Assembly (NCBI GenBank): GCA_030704615.1
Contig: CM060731.1
Location: 67,518,001-67,582,000, forward strand
Origin: Takakia lepidozioides
Lineage: Eukaryota > Plantae > Bryophyta
DNA: 64,000 nt
Direction: 5' to 3'
Both the position numbers and the translations under genes were made by a program. Under the pieces are notes generated by a model that was given only the letters and a program-made list of their open reading frames with translations, was not told the DNA's origin and did not search any database. How positions within the stretch are numbered: the stretch's first letter is position 1; the number at the start of each line of letters is the position of its first letter. Positions 61,638-64,000 of the stretch are shown piece by piece.

Positions 61638-63798
61638 AGATTCATGTTTGCAGGTGGAGATACGGTGCTCCTCTACCCTGCACATAGAGATAAGAGGAAA
61701 ATATAGCTTGTAATGAGCGTGCAACGCTAAGCAGATAGAAGAGGATTAAACATGTAGAGTATAAATGTGGCACATGCACATAATAGCCTTACATCCGATG
61801 TACACCAATACAGAACACCAGATTATGTACATACCCCAAACATTGGATCCCCTGTACTCAGGTTGCAGGCAACTTATAGCCTCAAACACAGGTGAAACTT
61901 ATCAACAGTTATCCTAAGCATACTAGAGATTAGCCGGATTGTTTGAAATCCCAACAGTTGTCCTCATCTTGTAACGATCATGATATGGCCAGCGTTATCA
62001 TGGTTAGCAGCCATTGTACGCAATAAAATACCCCTAACGGTATGCCACCGTCGATACTAAATTATATAGGGATGGGCTTCTGTCAGGCTTTGGTGAAAAA
62101 AGAGATAATACAGCAAGGAGGAATCTCGTCATCACATAATGTGATGACTTCCGATCTATCTAATATCACTACGCTTATTGTGATGACTTCTGATCTATCT
62201 AATACCATCATGTGGATGAGTTTGGAAGCTGAGCTCTGTGGTAAGATCAAAGCACGATGCCCACGTAAAAGCTGATACAACAAGTATGGACCATCGATTT
62301 AAGCTTAGTCTTGCATGCATAGGGACCATGTTGCAATTTCAAACAAACAATTTGACCAACCTGGAACTGTTCAGAATACTTTACCCTCTTGTTGTATTAT
62401 ATAGTTCATGGCCTGAGCAGCTCAACAACCGCTCGACGGACATGGAGTTTCTCCAAAAATGAATTCAGATCTGCAGGTTCAGCAACACAAGAAACTAAAG
62501 AAGAACAGTATAAATGAGTAACACACAAGAACGTCCATATATAAGCTTGAAGGGCATTCGTTTAGTGCTAGTATGTAGGGCAGTCCTATTAGCAAAGACC
62601 GGGGTGGAAGAAAGATGTCCATTCGTTGGTAATGGCTCCATTCTTTTCTAGCATGCGGCAAAATGTCTGATTGAATCGTTCCGTAAGACCATTGGTTTGA
62701 GGATGATAAGGTGTTGTAAATTCAATTTTAACTAATTTCGGACTTTGGCTTGAATCCAAACCAAACTTAATATATTGCATAATTAACCCATAAACGCTCA
62801 TGCGACCTTCTTTGTATCCCATAGCTTCTCATGTGGATGAAGTTTGGCCTTGAATAGCCGGCCCCTTCTCTGTTATTACGGCCGGCACTCGAGGAAGTAT
62901 CCACAAATCCCAATATCTCATATCCACAAATGCTTAAAGGCAATTCACCTCACTGCCCTCCGCTCTCTCACAACCATCATTACAAACAAGCAGAAATTAG
63001 AGTCCAACCCACTCTCCGCTCCATAGTCCCCCACAATACCCCGGATACTTACTCCTGGGTACCCCTCCGGGCCCCGGGGTACCCAGGGTACCCCTTGGTA
63101 CCTCTACCCCCAAAATCCTAGTGTCCGCTGGACACCCAATTACTTATAGAGCCCACCCCCAAAAGAGGGCAGTAGAAGTAGGGCGAAGTGACTCTTAGTT
63201 ACGCCGGCCTCGGTCGGAGTCTTCTCTCCTCTCTCTCTCTAGAAAATGTATCCCTGGGATAGAGGAATCCAATGCATTTATCACTGCCCCCATTGAGTTG
63301 TGATGATTAGATTCCTCCTTGCTATATTGTCTATTTTTTCATCAAAGCCTAACAGAATTAGTCTATCCCTATATTTAGTATTGATGGCGGCGTACCGTTA
63401 GGGGCACTTTATTGCGTACAAGGGTTGTTAACCATGATAACGTCGGCCATATCATGACCTTTACAAGATGAAAGGGTGGGATTTCAAACAATACAACTAA
63501 CCTCTATGCTTAGGATGTAGCTGTTGATAAGCTCCACATGTGGTTGAGGATATAAGTTTCATGCAACCTGAGTAGATGGGATCCAATATTTGAGTATATA
63601 CAATATGATGTTCCGTATTGGTGTACATCAAATATAAGCCTGCTACTATGTGCATGTGCCACATTTATACTCTGCATGCTTAATCCTCTTTGGGTATCTC
63701 TATGTGTCTTAGTGCTGCACACTCATTCCAAGCTACACTTTCTCCTTATCTTTGTGCGCACGGTAGATGAGCACCGTATCTCCACCAAGCATGAATCT
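61638..63798. mobile_element. ~500-bp diverged inverted repeat pair (61638-62136 and 63299-63798) enclosing ~1.16 kb
   Basis: Collinear reverse-complement matches across the arms, for example ggtggagatacggtgctc/gagcaccgtatctccacc, agagtataaatgtggcacatgcaca/tgtgcatgtgccacatttatactct and agcaaggaggaatct/agattcctccttgct. Confidence 0.8.
62500..62735 (-). pseudogene. Ty3/gypsy-type integrase core fragment
   Basis: FTTPYHPQTNGLTERFNQT (catalytic Glu region), continuing after frameshifts as NRTALHTSTKRMPFKLIYGR. Confidence 0.85.
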
Positions 63799-64000
63799 TG
63801 GTGGAGACGTCGGGTAGATTAGATTGTACATGTAGGGATTCTAGTTTACGGCTTGCTGACTTGTTAATGATTGTGGGCATTTGTAGGGTGATTTCAAGCT
63901 TCTTGCCATAACGGCCCTTCATTCTTTCTTGATGTGTTTGCGTTGCACTGTGTCTTCTTCCTACGAATGTGTTGACGATGGCTGTTGTGAATGCAATGAG

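Overview
Eukaryotic nuclear DNA with GT-AG introns, from a land plant. The very regular PLS-DYW PPR arrays suggest an RNA-editing-rich non-seed lineage; this is inference and the species cannot be fixed from the sequence. Genes reconstructed by hand: the 3' part of a POB1/LRB-type BTB-BACK gene, an intronless DUF868 gene, a 7-exon TM9SF/EMP70 gene, mitochondrial SDH2, an intact 23-repeat PLS-E-DYW PPR gene (minus), a RAP-domain gene, an inverted PPR paralogue with an open 14-repeat array but a destroyed E2/DYW tail, and a 15-exon GH27 alpha-galactosidase. The main discovery candidate lies upstream of both PPR genes: small exons with canonical splice sites encode OSB/PTAC9-type PDF ssDNA-binding motifs (W..FF..PSQWWDNK.DK | RSPRSPDF...W......PPWV) and splice in frame onto the PPR ORF. 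This implies a PDF-PPR-DYW fusion editing factor whose more distal exons are eroding. The locus has been rearranged: an inverted gene duplication, a 0.8-kb direct duplication bracketing the RAP gene, a MITE-like insertion, a near-perfect 78-nt hairpin and an intronic micro-inversion. Intergenic DNA holds a LINE 3' fragment, several small dispersed repeat families (some tied to microsatellites) and a ~500-bp inverted repeat enclosing a Ty3/gypsy integrase fragment.
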